Shown one piece after another: positions 8,407 to 18,374 of a DNA stretch of 64,000 nucleotides (the stretch's first letter is position 1; each line of letters opens with the position of its first letter). Made by a program: the position numbers and the translations under genes. The stretch is from an uncultured bacterium. Lineage in GTDB: Bacteria; Omnitrophota; Omnitrophia; Omnitrophales; Aquincolibacteriaceae. Where the stretch lies: assembly GCA_964410905.1 (NCBI GenBank), contig CAYPIR010000001.1:21861-85860 (forward strand). Direction: 5' to 3'. The notes beneath the pieces are model-generated. The model ran no database searches. It was not told the origin of the DNA and saw nothing but the letters and a program-made list of their open reading frames with translations.

Positions 8407-10260
8407 TTAATTAACATTTGAATGCAGTCCGCCGGAACCAGCGCGGAAATCCACGTTCGTCAAATCACTCCCGCGTTCACGTTCGCATGAGCAATTCCAA
8501 AGACATGCCGCGCAATGAATACATTTTTCACGGTCAAAAAGCGGAACTCCGCCATCGGAGTTTGCCGTTATGGCTTGCCCTGAGCACATCTCAATACAAA
8601 TTTTTGTTTTACATTTTTTGCATTTTTCAGAATCTAAAAACACAACGTGATCGGCAAAACCGTCGGCGGCTTGAACTTTTCCGCCTAGTAAGAGCGCGTC
8701 CTGATGCGACAAGAGCAATTTTCCATCGTATTGAATTTTAGGCCAACCTGCCAAATCCATCAAATCATCGTGAACGGATGTATTGGTTTCAGCCGCCTTT
8801 TTGCGCGCCTCTTCAATTTTTTCCGGCGCGATTTTGCCTTTGTAATAATCTTCAATGGAAGGAACGCGTTCAGAAACAGTTTTTAATTTCACGGGGATGT
8901 TAAGAAAGCCTTTTGTAAAACCAGAAAGCCCCATTCCAATCATTCCAAGTTCAAAACAAGCGCTAAATCCATCGCGCGCTTTTTCCGCCAACTTGCCGTC
9001 TTTTTGAATCCAGCTCTCGCGGCGGGTTTTGAGATATGTCGCCTCAAGATTTTCTTTTGTCGTCGGCTTCCCTTCTTTTAAAAGTTGAATATATCCTTCG
9101 GCAAGCTGCGTCCCCGTTGTCCATGCCTCATCAACGCCAGAACCTTTTAACATATTTGTGCTACCTGAGCCTTCGCCGATGCGCGCAAAACCGTCGCCTA
9201 CAATAAATGGCTCGCCGCGAATCCCCGCTTCTTGCAAACTCTTCGCGCCCCAGGATTTTAAAGCCGCGCCTTGCAAATGTTTCCACAAAACAGGATGCTG
9301 CATCCAGTGCTGAAAATAGCGATATGCCGTGCGGACAGGGTTATCAAGCCAAGACGGAATAAAAATTCCAAGCGACGCGACGCGATCAGGATATACATAA
9401 AGAAAACCAAAAATCTCGGGTTCCGGATAGCCGAATGTATGAATTACAGTCCCGGGCTGAAGCGTTGTGTTTTCCGGCAAATCAATTACCGCTTTCATGC
9501 CTAGCGCCCATTCTCGTTGATGATTTCCTTCAGGCAATCCAAATGTATTGTCTAATTTTTGCCCGACCGGACCGTATGGACCGTCGCCTACAACAGTAAA
9601 AGGCGCGTTAATATTCATACCCGGAGAAAACGATCCCGTAGGATTTCCATTTTTCTCAACTCCTTGATCAGCAAGTCTAACCCCCGCTACGCGATTAGAA
9701 TCAAAAAGAGGTTCTTTTACGGGCATTCCCGGCCAAATTTGGACAAGTCCGGACCCCATCAAATTGGAACCAACCCATTGCGTAAACTGTCCCATGGATA
9801 AAATCCAACCACCATGCTTTGCCATAAAGGGAGGAATAAAAGGAAGTTTAAACGAATGGTCTTTAAACCAAGGAAGAATTCCGCCAAGAATTCGCAAAGT
9901 TCCATCTACTATTTTAAGAAGCCAAGAACGGCGGCTTGCGCCGACTGGGTCAAGCAGATAATAGACTTCTTCGTTCTTTACGGGAGTCGCGAGCGGAATT
10001 TGCGCTAACTCTTCAGAAGACAACGATTGTTTAATGCCCTTTGCTTCTGTAACTATTCCCGAAACACCAAAACCAATATCATCGGCGCGTTCATAACAAA
10101 TTACTTGAAGAGGCATTCCTGGCGCAACCTTACTTTGAAAATGTTCAGCGGTGGGTTCTTTTTGAATTTCTTGAGTTAACTTGTGAAGAAATCCCGCGGT
10201 AGCCGGTCCAAAACCAACACAAACAACATCAACGTCAATTTTTTGTCGTTCAACTGTCAT
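8407..10260 (-). CDS. Electron transfer flavoprotein-quinone oxidoreductase (ETF-QO; FixC-like flavoprotein with C-terminal 4Fe-4S ferredoxin domain)
   Basis: The N-terminus has the FAD dinucleotide fold DVVCVGFGPATAG. The C-terminus has CKKCKTKICIEMC ... CIHCAACLWNC. Length is 617 aa. Confidence 0.8.
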   Translation of the reverse strand: MTVERQKIDVDVVCVGFGPATAGFLHKLTQEIQKEPTAEHFQSKVAPGMPLQVICYERADDIGFGVSGIVTEAKGIKQSLSSEELAQIPLATPVKNEEVYYLLDPVGASRRSWLLKIVDGTLRILGGILPWFKDHSFKLPFIPPFMAKHGGWILSMGQFTQWVGSNLMGSGLVQIWPGMPVKEPLFDSNRVAGVRLADQGVEKNGNPTGSFSPGMNINAPFTVVGDGPYGPVGQKLDNTFGLPEGNHQREWALGMKAVIDLPENTTLQPGTVIHTFGYPEPEIFGFLYVYPDRVASLGIFIPSWLDNPVRTAYRYFQHWMQHPVLWKHLQGAALKSWGAKSLQEAGIRGEPFIVGDGFARIGEGSGSTNMLKGSGVDEAWTTGTQLAEGYIQLLKEGKPTTKENLEATYLKTRRESWIQKDGKLAEKARDGFSACFELGMIGMGLSGFTKGFLNIPVKLKTVSERVPSIEDYYKGKIAPEKIEEARKKAAETNTSVHDDLMDLAGWPKIQYDGKLLLSHQDALLLGGKVQAADGFADHVVFLDSEKCKKCKTKICIEMCSGQAITANSDGGVPLFDREKCIHCAACLWNCSCERERGSDLTNVDFRAGSGGLHSNVN

Positions 10261-10367
10261 TTTTACCCCTTATGGTAAGAGTGTTTTTAAAAACAAATTG
10301 GATTCCGCAATAAAACAATTTGCAAAATGTCGCCCCTGTAAAATCAATAATTTTACAAGAAAAATTC

Positions 10368-10423
10368 GGCAGAGATTAACAAACGATGCCGCGAGAATAC
10401 GCGGAGGCTTGATAATCTCTGTC
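10368..10423 (-). terminator. Compound hairpin / probable intrinsic terminator after the acyl-CoA dehydrogenase gene
   Basis: The outer stem is GCAGAGATTA / TAATCTCTGC and the inner stem is CCGCG-agaata-CGCGG. T-rich runs flank it on both strands. Confidence 0.5.
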
Positions 10424-10488
10424 GAATTTTTTATTCATCTAACTAACTTTCAAACAAAAACATCAGAAATGGCTATTAGCAAACCATC

Positions 10489-12582
10489 CTATAACGGATA
10501 ATCCAACGCTTCAGGGATCATAACATTTGCAACAGACTCCGCGGCACGATCTTTTGAGAAACGAAGTCCGACAAGACTCGCTTCAGTCTTCGCTCGAAGT
10601 TCCGCGAATGCTTTGAGTTCAGCGTCTTTAGTAATATCTGTTCCAGCCGGCAAATATCCATAAATAAGATCAGCGCAAATTTTGCCGACCTCGCCAACGG
10701 CACGAGCCGCCTGAACACCGCTCAAATCTGAATAGAAATTAACAAAACCCTCAAGCCCTTCAGCAAGAGTAGGATTCTCCGGGCCCTTTGCTTCAAGTTC
10801 CAAAGTGTCCAAAATTAACTGACGCGTTCCAAGCAGCCACGCGATTGCATCAGTCAGCGGGAACATAACGCCCTGACGCGCTCCGCCATAAAGAGTCTTT
10901 CCGTTAGCGTCTTTATGCGACTGAAGATATTCAAATGACAATAGCCAAAGATCTATCGCGCTGGCAAGAGCAATCGCTCCGGTTTCCGGTTTGCTGCCGC
11001 CTATTTTTCGCAGGTCATTCGCCCAGCCTTTAAACTGCGCTAGGAAAATATCATTCGTCATCGTGCGGCTTAATTGCAAACGCTGCACGCATTCAGGACC
11101 TTCGTATGTTGCCTCAAGTTGCGCGTCCGACCACTTTTGAGTTAAAAACCCCGGGCAGTCTTCCGTGATGCCGTAACCGCCTACAAGACTGACGGCTTCG
11201 CGCATCATTGTTGCGCCGTATCCTGTATTCCAGAGTTTCCCAGCCGGACAATACACGTCAGCCAAGGACTCCCAGACAAGATACTGCGTCAAAAGATCGT
11301 TTTTGAGTTCTTCAAAACGCTTGGCATCGCGTTCGGCTTCTGGTTTTGCCAAAAGTTCGATATATTCCAACGCCTTTTTACGCGGTTCAGCAAGCGCTTT
11401 CGTTTGCGCTCTCACGCCTTTAATCCCTTGTTTTTCAAAGAGCTCATCTTTTTGGCGTTCCAAAACGTCAAACATGTCAAAAATTCTCGAACCTTCAAAG
11501 CCGAGCGCGGCACCCGCTTCGCCTGTCGCCCAAACGTCGACAAGTCTATGCGTTGGATCTTCTTTTTGCTGAATGCCCAAGTCGTAGCGGGATGTCCCTT
11601 GTGTTACAGACGCTCCTCCGCGATAACGGGTCCGTTGATAACGGATAACAGGCTCAATCGCCGAAAGAAGTTTCGCGGTAGTCATAATGCCAACCGTTAC
11701 GCGAGTTCTGCGGAACACGGCTTCGATAACTTCGCTATTGTTAAAATTAGGAATAATTACGCCGTCTTTAATTGTGTATCCGCCGATAATGCGGCTTGCA
11801 GGAACACGCAAATTAAAAATCGGGTCGTGTGTGCTGGAAAGCTGGTGAACAAGTTTCAAAGTCGGCGCGCCGCGGTCATAAACTCCCTGGTCGCCTTCTT
11901 CTAAAATAATCATACAACTTGATTTAATACGCGGATCATCGGTGTCTACGGACGCTGTAACAAAATTCGCGTATCCCATATTGGTGATAAAACGGCCGCG
12001 TTTTTCAACCTGCAAAATAGGCTCCTTGCCTTCTTCCCATTCAGCAACGCGAAGTTTTCCCGACAACATACCCGCGTCCACGCCGACATATGGGAGAGGT
12101 TCCGTTAGAGCAAACGAACCGCGATATTTGGGAGCTTCGTTGTTAATTGGAACGCAGCCGCCCTTATATTGTAATTTTTGTTCTTTCGTGCCTTTTTCAT
12201 GAATAGGCTCAAGAGCAAGATTGTTCGCGAGACTTGCCGTCGCCGCGCCCGCGTCAACCCAGCAAAGTTCAAAAGCAATCATGGCAAGAACAAGATTTTT
12301 GGGACCCTCTATGTATCCGCCTTCTTCCGGTTCCATAAACGCGGCTGTAATCCCCGCTTTATCAAACTCTCTTAACATTTCCTGTTTTTCTTTTGTCCAT
12401 TCATGCGTGGCGCGCTGTTTATCAGCAACCATACGGGCAACAACGCTGCGGGCAACCGCGCGAGTTGATTGAATTACCATTTGAAGATCATAACGGTCAG
12501 AAAAACGCCACATAATTTGGCGAACCGCATCGGTAGGAAGAGTGCTCAGCAACGCTCTTTTTTCAGAATTAGTCGTGGTCAT
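10489..12582 (-). CDS. Large acyl-CoA dehydrogenase family protein (697 aa)
   Basis: It contains the ACAD-type FALTEP...G.D motif region and has a helical C-terminal extension. It is adjacent to the ETF genes. Confidence 0.7.
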   Translation of the reverse strand: MTTTNSEKRALLSTLPTDAVRQIMWRFSDRYDLQMVIQSTRAVARSVVARMVADKQRATHEWTKEKQEMLREFDKAGITAAFMEPEEGGYIEGPKNLVLAMIAFELCWVDAGAATASLANNLALEPIHEKGTKEQKLQYKGGCVPINNEAPKYRGSFALTEPLPYVGVDAGMLSGKLRVAEWEEGKEPILQVEKRGRFITNMGYANFVTASVDTDDPRIKSSCMIILEEGDQGVYDRGAPTLKLVHQLSSTHDPIFNLRVPASRIIGGYTIKDGVIIPNFNNSEVIEAVFRRTRVTVGIMTTAKLLSAIEPVIRYQRTRYRGGASVTQGTSRYDLGIQQKEDPTHRLVDVWATGEAGAALGFEGSRIFDMFDVLERQKDELFEKQGIKGVRAQTKALAEPRKKALEYIELLAKPEAERDAKRFEELKNDLLTQYLVWESLADVYCPAGKLWNTGYGATMMREAVSLVGGYGITEDCPGFLTQKWSDAQLEATYEGPECVQRLQLSRTMTNDIFLAQFKGWANDLRKIGGSKPETGAIALASAIDLWLLSFEYLQSHKDANGKTLYGGARQGVMFPLTDAIAWLLGTRQLILDTLELEAKGPENPTLAEGLEGFVNFYSDLSGVQAARAVGEVGKICADLIYGYLPAGTDITKDAELKAFAELRAKTEASLVGLRFSKDRAAESVANVMIPEALDYPL

Positions 12583-12612
12583 TAAATTGTTCCTTTCTTA
12601 ATTGGTGTTACA

Positions 12613-12645
12613 GACAAAAAAATCCCCGCAAAACAAAAGGGATTT
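12613..12645 (-). terminator. Rho-independent terminator downstream of the R-M pair
   Basis: The minus strand reads AAATCCC-ttttgttttgcg-GGGATTT followed by TTTTTGTC. Confidence 0.6.
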
Positions 12646-12729
12646 GGATAGGAAAGCCGATCCAAGAGTTAAAAAGTAGAGTGATATTATTCAAAAACAA
12701 CTCTAGTTGCAAGAAAAAATAAGGGCAGT

Positions 12730-13470
12730 TTAAACGTTGTCTATGATTAACTTCAAAATCTCTAAAACATCGTGCTTATGCGCAACCGACAACATTCCAA
12801 ACAGCCTAAAAATTTCAAGAAACACGTCCGCATTGCTGTCATCAATTACAAATTCAGCCTCTTCTTTTTGTTCTGCCGTTCTGCCAATTAGCACAGTGTC
12901 TGTCTTCAGTTTTGTTATTGGGAAACACAAATAAAGCATAGGCATAATCCCAACTGCATACTGCTTTTCTCTTGTAATTATTTCAACGACAATATCAAAA
13001 TCTCCAAATTTATGAACTAGCAATGGATATTCGACACTAGATGTTTCAAAAGTAATTTCATTTAATAGAATTTTAACCGGATTTGTCCGCTTTATTTTGA
13101 GTTCGTTTTCCAAAAGATTAAAATCCTCACCAGCATTAACAAAATTTATCAATTTATTTATTTTTTGCTTATCGATTAAACCGTTCTTCGCTAAGTGAAA
13201 AACATACTCTGAAAGTTCATAAAGAGATTTCCGTTTACTATTCGCGCCAGTAAAAGTTAAGTCTTGCAAAGATGTTGTTTTCTTACCTTTTTCGATATCA
13301 GACAAAATTGCGTCATAACCAATTTGCCATTCGACATACATATCCTGAGAAAATGGCGTTTGACGAGTTGCGACAGAAAAACCATATTCATAAATCATTT
13401 TCCGTCTTTTAATTCTGACTTTGCCATTGGTTGTAACTAGTGGGATTTTAATTTTGTATTGGTAACTCAT
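12730..13470 (-). CDS. Hypothetical protein; positional candidate for the restriction endonuclease partner of the adjacent methyltransferase
   Basis: The 246-aa protein has no motif I recognise. It has a 4-nt overlap with the upstream MTase and the same AT-rich composition. The REase call rests on position only. Confidence 0.3.
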   Translation of the reverse strand: MSYQYKIKIPLVTTNGKVRIKRRKMIYEYGFSVATRQTPFSQDMYVEWQIGYDAILSDIEKGKKTTSLQDLTFTGANSKRKSLYELSEYVFHLAKNGLIDKQKINKLINFVNAGEDFNLLENELKIKRTNPVKILLNEITFETSSVEYPLLVHKFGDFDIVVEIITREKQYAVGIMPMLYLCFPITKLKTDTVLIGRTAEQKEEAEFVIDDSNADVFLEIFRLFGMLSVAHKHDVLEILKLIIDNV

Positions 13471-14630
13471 AGCAAAATTGTCCGCTTAAATAGCTTGTCA
13501 AAATAAATGTTAACTCTTTGTTTTGATAGTTGAATTTGGGCATCATCTATTTGGCTTGTTCCAAATATATCCGGATGCTTCGCACGCGATAAAATTTCAA
13601 AATCTTTTCTATAGACCTTAAATGCCTCATTATTAATAGGCACGTTTAGATTCCCCATATAGTAAGGCAGTCTTTCAGCATAGTCTTTAAAAATATCAAC
13701 ATATTGATAATATTCAAGTTTGCTAGACTTAACCTGAACAGCATTTGGAATATCTTCCTTAATGAATGTTCTGCTTCGTTTTAGTGCATTGATGTCTCGC
13801 ATAGTATAAAAAAGAAAGCCCTTCCAATTCTGCCTTTTATATCTACTAGGATACTTATCCAAATAGTTATCAATATAATCAAATTGATTTAATGAAAATG
13901 TCAAACCTTCCAGAGTTTTAAAACTCCAAGCCTCAACATCCTTAAAGGTCATTCCATGTCCATCTTTTTTATAAATAGCAATAACTATTGGGAAACCAGT
14001 CATTTTGGAGACTTCAGAAAATTCTTGGCTTGAAAACACCAAAGTATCAAGCAATTTATAATTATTTAAAAATGGTTTGAGGCTATTAAAATTAGTTTTT
14101 TTGATTAAATAGGATAGCGGATGCAAAACCGCAACAAATTCGGGCTTTAATTTATTATAAGCAAGCAAAGACGACAAACCAATGTCTCGCGATTCAATGT
14201 CTTTATCAACAGGATACCTAGCCTCAGTTTTTATATCGCATTTAACATGCGAAGTTTTATCGTTATAAGGCGGATTCCCGACCAAAATAACTTTTGCATA
14301 ATCGCTGATACCATAATTAATTCTATTAACTCGATGCAAAGCATTTTGTTTTAAAAAAGTAATTTCTGGGAAATTAGATTTTGCAGTTTCTAGCGCCATT
14401 AAATCAATATCTGCACCAACACATCTAACTTGGAGAGGCAAATCAACATTAAAAAAAGCTCCATATCCACAGCTTGGTTCTAATAAAACATCACAGCTTT
14501 CAAAAGCATTATATTTGTTTAGCAACTCGTACGTTTTAGAAACAAGTTTTTGCGGTGTATAGAAACTGCCTAAATTTGTCTTATCACTATAACTTAAATG
14601 CCTCGCTGTTTTATCTAATAAATTTTGCAT
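13467..14630 (-). CDS. N6-adenine DNA methyltransferase (gamma-class, Eco57I/TaqI-like)
   Basis: Motif I is LLEPSCGYGAFF and motif IV is LVGNPPYN, in the order I then IV. They are followed by a ~220-aa putative target-recognition region. Confidence 0.8.
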   Translation of the reverse strand: MQNLLDKTARHLSYSDKTNLGSFYTPQKLVSKTYELLNKYNAFESCDVLLEPSCGYGAFFNVDLPLQVRCVGADIDLMALETAKSNFPEITFLKQNALHRVNRINYGISDYAKVILVGNPPYNDKTSHVKCDIKTEARYPVDKDIESRDIGLSSLLAYNKLKPEFVAVLHPLSYLIKKTNFNSLKPFLNNYKLLDTLVFSSQEFSEVSKMTGFPIVIAIYKKDGHGMTFKDVEAWSFKTLEGLTFSLNQFDYIDNYLDKYPSRYKRQNWKGFLFYTMRDINALKRSRTFIKEDIPNAVQVKSSKLEYYQYVDIFKDYAERLPYYMGNLNVPINNEAFKVYRKDFEILSRAKHPDIFGTSQIDDAQIQLSKQRVNIYFDKLFKRTILL

Positions 14631-14704
14631 ATTAATTTTCTCAATATTATTGTTTTAAATAATATTAATATTATATATTTGCCAACACAGTTGTCTAGCC
14701 TTTA

Positions 14705-16723
14705 TTACTTTCCCCAGCGGAACATCAACGCGCCAAGCGGCGGAATACTTATGTTCATTGAAAACGGTCTATATTGCCAAGCCGTCGACTCCGCGTGAAC
14801 GCCGCCCAAATTCCCAATTCCGCAGCCTCCATATTCATTTCCTTGGGAATTTAAAATCTCTTTGTAATATCCCCAGCGCGGAACGCCCACTCGATAATTA
14901 CGCAAAACCACGGGTGTCATATTAAATACAAAAATAAGCACGGATTTTCTGTCCCGAGACCAACGCAAGAAACTTATAACCGAATGGGCGCTATCCGAGT
15001 GGTCTATCCACTCAAAAAGCTCCGGCGAATCATCAGTTTCATAAAGCGCGGGATTCGCGCGGTAAATACGATTCAAATCTCTGACAAATTCACTGATAAG
15101 ATGATGCGCGGGCGACTTTGTCAGGTGCCAATCAAGCGACTGCGCGTAATTCCATTCATTTCTCTGGGCGAAATCCGTCCCCATAAACAAAAGTTTTTTA
15201 CCGGGAAAAGCAAACATATAACTTAAAAAAAGCCTGCTTCCAGAAAACTTCCGCCAATCGCTGCCGGGCATTTTTTCAAGCAAAGACCGTTTGCCATAAA
15301 CAAGTTCATCATGCGAAATGGGCAAAATATAGTTCTCGGAAAACGCGTAGCCCGCTGAAAACGGGAAAACGTCTTGATGCCATTTACGATAAATCGGGTC
15401 TTTTGAAAAGTATTCAATTGTGTCGTGCATCCAGCCCATATTCCATTTCATGCTGAATCCAAGACCGCCAAGATGAACGGGCTTTGACACCGCGGGCCAC
15501 GCCGTGGACTCTTCGGCAATAGTCAAAACTCCAGGATATTTTGCGTGAACAACTCGGTTTAGACGCTTCAGAAACTCTATCGCTTCAAGATTTTCTCTGC
15601 CGCCGTATTTGTTCGCTTCCCATTCGCCGTCTTTCCTCGAATAATTTAGATAAAGCATGCAGGACACCGCGTCCACTCTGAGTCCGTCGACGTGATATTT
15701 GTCCAGCCAGAACAGCGCGTTAGAAATAAGAAAATTATCAACCTCGCGGCGCCCAAAATCGAACACCAAAGTTCCCCATTCTTTTTGCTCGGCGCGCCGC
15801 CAATTCGGAGACGAATAAATCGGCGTTCCGTCAAAATCAAAAAGCCCGTGTCCATCGCGGGGAAAATGCGCCGGCACCCAATCCAAAATCACGCCTATTC
15901 CGTGCTGATGGCAATAATCCACAAAATACATCAAATCTTCTGGCGAACCATAACGCTTCGTAGGCGCGTAATAATTGATGACTTGATAACCCCAAGATTC
16001 ATCCAACGGATACTCCATAACAGGCATCAGTTCTATATGCGTGTAGCCCATGTATTGAACATATTCAACTAGTTGGCGCGCGAGATCTCGATAGTTCAAA
16101 AATCCCCAGCCGTTTTCGCCGTCTCGTTTCCACGACCCCAAATGGACCTCATAAATCGATATTGGCGAAGTTTGCGTTTTTTTATTGTTTCGTTCTTCAA
16201 GCCACTCGCGATCGTTCCATTTATATTTGGCGAGAGAAGAAACTACGGCAGCGGTTTTTGGACGCAGTTCGGTTTCAAACGCGTAAGGATCCGTTTTAAA
16301 CAAGACGGCATCGGTTTCTTTAGAACGAATCGCAAACTTATAAAGCGCGCCATCCCGAAGTTTTGGAATAAAAATAACCCACATGCCAGAAAATGGAATT
16401 TGCGACATCAAATGTTTCTCTGCGTTCCATTTATTAAAATCGCCGACAACTGAAACCGATTTCGCGTTCGGCGCCCATACGGTAAAAAGCACGCCCTTTT
16501 CGCCTTTTATCACGACAGGGTGCGCGCCCATTTTTTCATAACTTCTATAGTGACTTCCTTCATTCAAAAGATAGAGGTCATAATCGCTGATAGAAACGGG
16601 AAATGACGCGGACTTTTTATTTTTTATTCTTGCCGCGCGCAAAGGTTTAGAAACCGTAATGCTTTTTCGTTTCGCTGATTTTATTTTTCTTGTTTTTATT
16701 TTTTTTCGGTTTTTATAATTCAT
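14705..16723 (-). CDS. glgB: 1,4-alpha-glucan branching enzyme
   Basis: GH13 catalytic motifs are present (DWVPAHF, GLRVDAV, AEESTAWP, ISHDE), and the N-terminus has a basic extension. Confidence 0.9.
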   Translation of the reverse strand: MNYKNRKKIKTRKIKSAKRKSITVSKPLRAARIKNKKSASFPVSISDYDLYLLNEGSHYRSYEKMGAHPVVIKGEKGVLFTVWAPNAKSVSVVGDFNKWNAEKHLMSQIPFSGMWVIFIPKLRDGALYKFAIRSKETDAVLFKTDPYAFETELRPKTAAVVSSLAKYKWNDREWLEERNNKKTQTSPISIYEVHLGSWKRDGENGWGFLNYRDLARQLVEYVQYMGYTHIELMPVMEYPLDESWGYQVINYYAPTKRYGSPEDLMYFVDYCHQHGIGVILDWVPAHFPRDGHGLFDFDGTPIYSSPNWRRAEQKEWGTLVFDFGRREVDNFLISNALFWLDKYHVDGLRVDAVSCMLYLNYSRKDGEWEANKYGGRENLEAIEFLKRLNRVVHAKYPGVLTIAEESTAWPAVSKPVHLGGLGFSMKWNMGWMHDTIEYFSKDPIYRKWHQDVFPFSAGYAFSENYILPISHDELVYGKRSLLEKMPGSDWRKFSGSRLFLSYMFAFPGKKLLFMGTDFAQRNEWNYAQSLDWHLTKSPAHHLISEFVRDLNRIYRANPALYETDDSPELFEWIDHSDSAHSVISFLRWSRDRKSVLIFVFNMTPVVLRNYRVGVPRWGYYKEILNSQGNEYGGCGIGNLGGVHAESTAWQYRPFSMNISIPPLGALMFRWGK

Positions 16724-16795
16724 GTTAACTCATATTGGTTATGGATGAGGTGTAATAGCAACATTTGTTATATTCGATTTTTTAGGACCATAACA

Positions 16796-16984
16796 TCAAA
16801 AAAGTTTGCAAGCAGCCGGCGTATTATTTTGCGCGTATGCCTCAAAAACTTTCTGGGTTAAATTAAATGGATTAGATATAGAACTATACGCATGTGTATT
16901 TAATAACGGATGTTTGGGATTAACAGGATTATGTCCTAAAATCTCTGTAAAAGATGAATCTTTGATTATATTATTTTCTTCCAT
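16796..16984 (-). CDS. Small hypothetical protein (62 aa)
   Basis: A strong SD is present: AGAGGAGaaactatt-ATG. I recognise no homology. Confidence 0.4.
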   Translation of the reverse strand: MEENNIIKDSSFTEILGHNPVNPKHPLLNTHAYSSISNPFNLTQKVFEAYAQNNTPAACKLF

Positions 16985-17074
16985 AATAGTTTCTCCTCTC
17001 TATCGCAGAAAACTCTACCGTAAGTGGGCGTTGTATACAAGTGGGCTTTCCTCACGCGCGATTAACGCAACAAA

Positions 17075-18370
17075 TCACTCAGGTATGGCGCTGGGAAGCC
17101 CGCCTGCGCCATGCGGTAAGATTCCTTTTTTTATGTAAACAGCGCGCACAAGCTGCCTCATATCAGGCAATTTTTTTATAAACACAAATGCCGCTATTAA
17201 ACTTAAAGATGTGCAAATAAAAAGCGTCAAGGGAGCGCCAATTTTCGTGGCAATCCAGCCCGACATTAAACTGCCAAACGGCATAGAACCAAAAAACGAC
17301 AATGTATAAAGTCCCATTAAGCGTCCGCGTTTATTTTCGTCAACAATTGTTTGCAAAACGGTGTTGCAAGCAGCCATGTTGCACATAATCGCAAAACCTC
17401 CTATCATCAAAAAAACAGTGGCGGCGGACAACGACTTTAAAAATGCGAAACTCATCACCGCCAAACTATAAAGCGCGGCACTCCAGCCAATCATTTTTAT
17501 AAGTCCCAAAACATTTTTTCGCGCGGCTAAAAAAAGAGCGCCCAATAACGCCCCAAATCCAAAAACTCCCATCAAAAATCCCAAAGTCTGCGGTCCTCCC
17601 CCAAAAATATCCCGCGCGTAAACCGGCATCAAAACTTGAAGCGGAATTCCAAAAAGACTGACAATCCCAAGCAGCGTTAAAATTCGTCGTATGGGCAAAG
17701 AATTATAGGCATATTTTACGCCTTCTTTAAGTTCATCAATAATATGTTTAGGTTCACTTGTAGGGTTTCGTTTTATATTTAAAATTTTTATACAAATAAG
17801 CACTGGAATATAAGACGCGGCGTTTATCATAAAACAAATCTTTTCGCCCGCCGCCACTATTAAGAATCCGGCAATCGCGGGACCGGCAAGCCGCGCGGCA
17901 TTAAACATGGAAGATGAAAGCGCTATTGCGTTTCCCAAGTCCGCGCGGTTATCCAGCATATCAATCGTCAGCGATTGTCTATTGGGAATATCAAAAGCAA
18001 ACAAAATCCCAAGCCATGTCCCCAGCACCATAATGTGCCAAACTTCGATCAAATCAAATGAAACAAGGATGCTGAGAATTGTTGCCTGCACCATAAACAG
18101 CGCCTGCGTAATGAAGAGAATTTTTTTCCGGTCGAATCGGTCGGCTAAAACGCCGCCAAACGAGGTAAGAAAAGCCGAAGGCACTTGTTCCAAAAAGCTC
18201 GCAATTCCCAAGAGAAACGGTGATCCGGTTAAGCGATAAATAAGCCAACTGATTGCGGTTTGCTGCATCCAAGTCCCAACAAGCGAAGCGCTTTGCCCAC
18301 AAAAAAATATACGGTAATTTCGGTTGCGAAGGGCTCTGAAAATCTGTGGTGAATTAAAATGCATTTTCAT
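17075..18370 (-). CDS. MFS transporter (MFS_3 / EntS-like)
   Basis: It is a multi-TM protein. I start it at MKMHFNSPQIFRALRNRNYRIFF (ATG 18370), because the track's extension would overlap the macB 3' end. Confidence 0.75.
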   Translation of the reverse strand: MKMHFNSPQIFRALRNRNYRIFFCGQSASLVGTWMQQTAISWLIYRLTGSPFLLGIASFLEQVPSAFLTSFGGVLADRFDRKKILFITQALFMVQATILSILVSFDLIEVWHIMVLGTWLGILFAFDIPNRQSLTIDMLDNRADLGNAIALSSSMFNAARLAGPAIAGFLIVAAGEKICFMINAASYIPVLICIKILNIKRNPTSEPKHIIDELKEGVKYAYNSLPIRRILTLLGIVSLFGIPLQVLMPVYARDIFGGGPQTLGFLMGVFGFGALLGALFLAARKNVLGLIKMIGWSAALYSLAVMSFAFLKSLSAATVFLMIGGFAIMCNMAACNTVLQTIVDENKRGRLMGLYTLSFFGSMPFGSLMSGWIATKIGAPLTLFICTSLSLIAAFVFIKKLPDMRQLVRAVYIKKGILPHGAGGLPSAIPE

Positions 18371-18374
18371 TTTA

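Noticed and set aside
12730-13470. Assigning a PD-(D/E)xK nuclease motif to the 246-aa ORF
   Set aside because: The stretch GDFDIVVEIITREKQ does not give a clean D...(D/E)xK spacing. The endonuclease role is kept only as a positional hypothesis.
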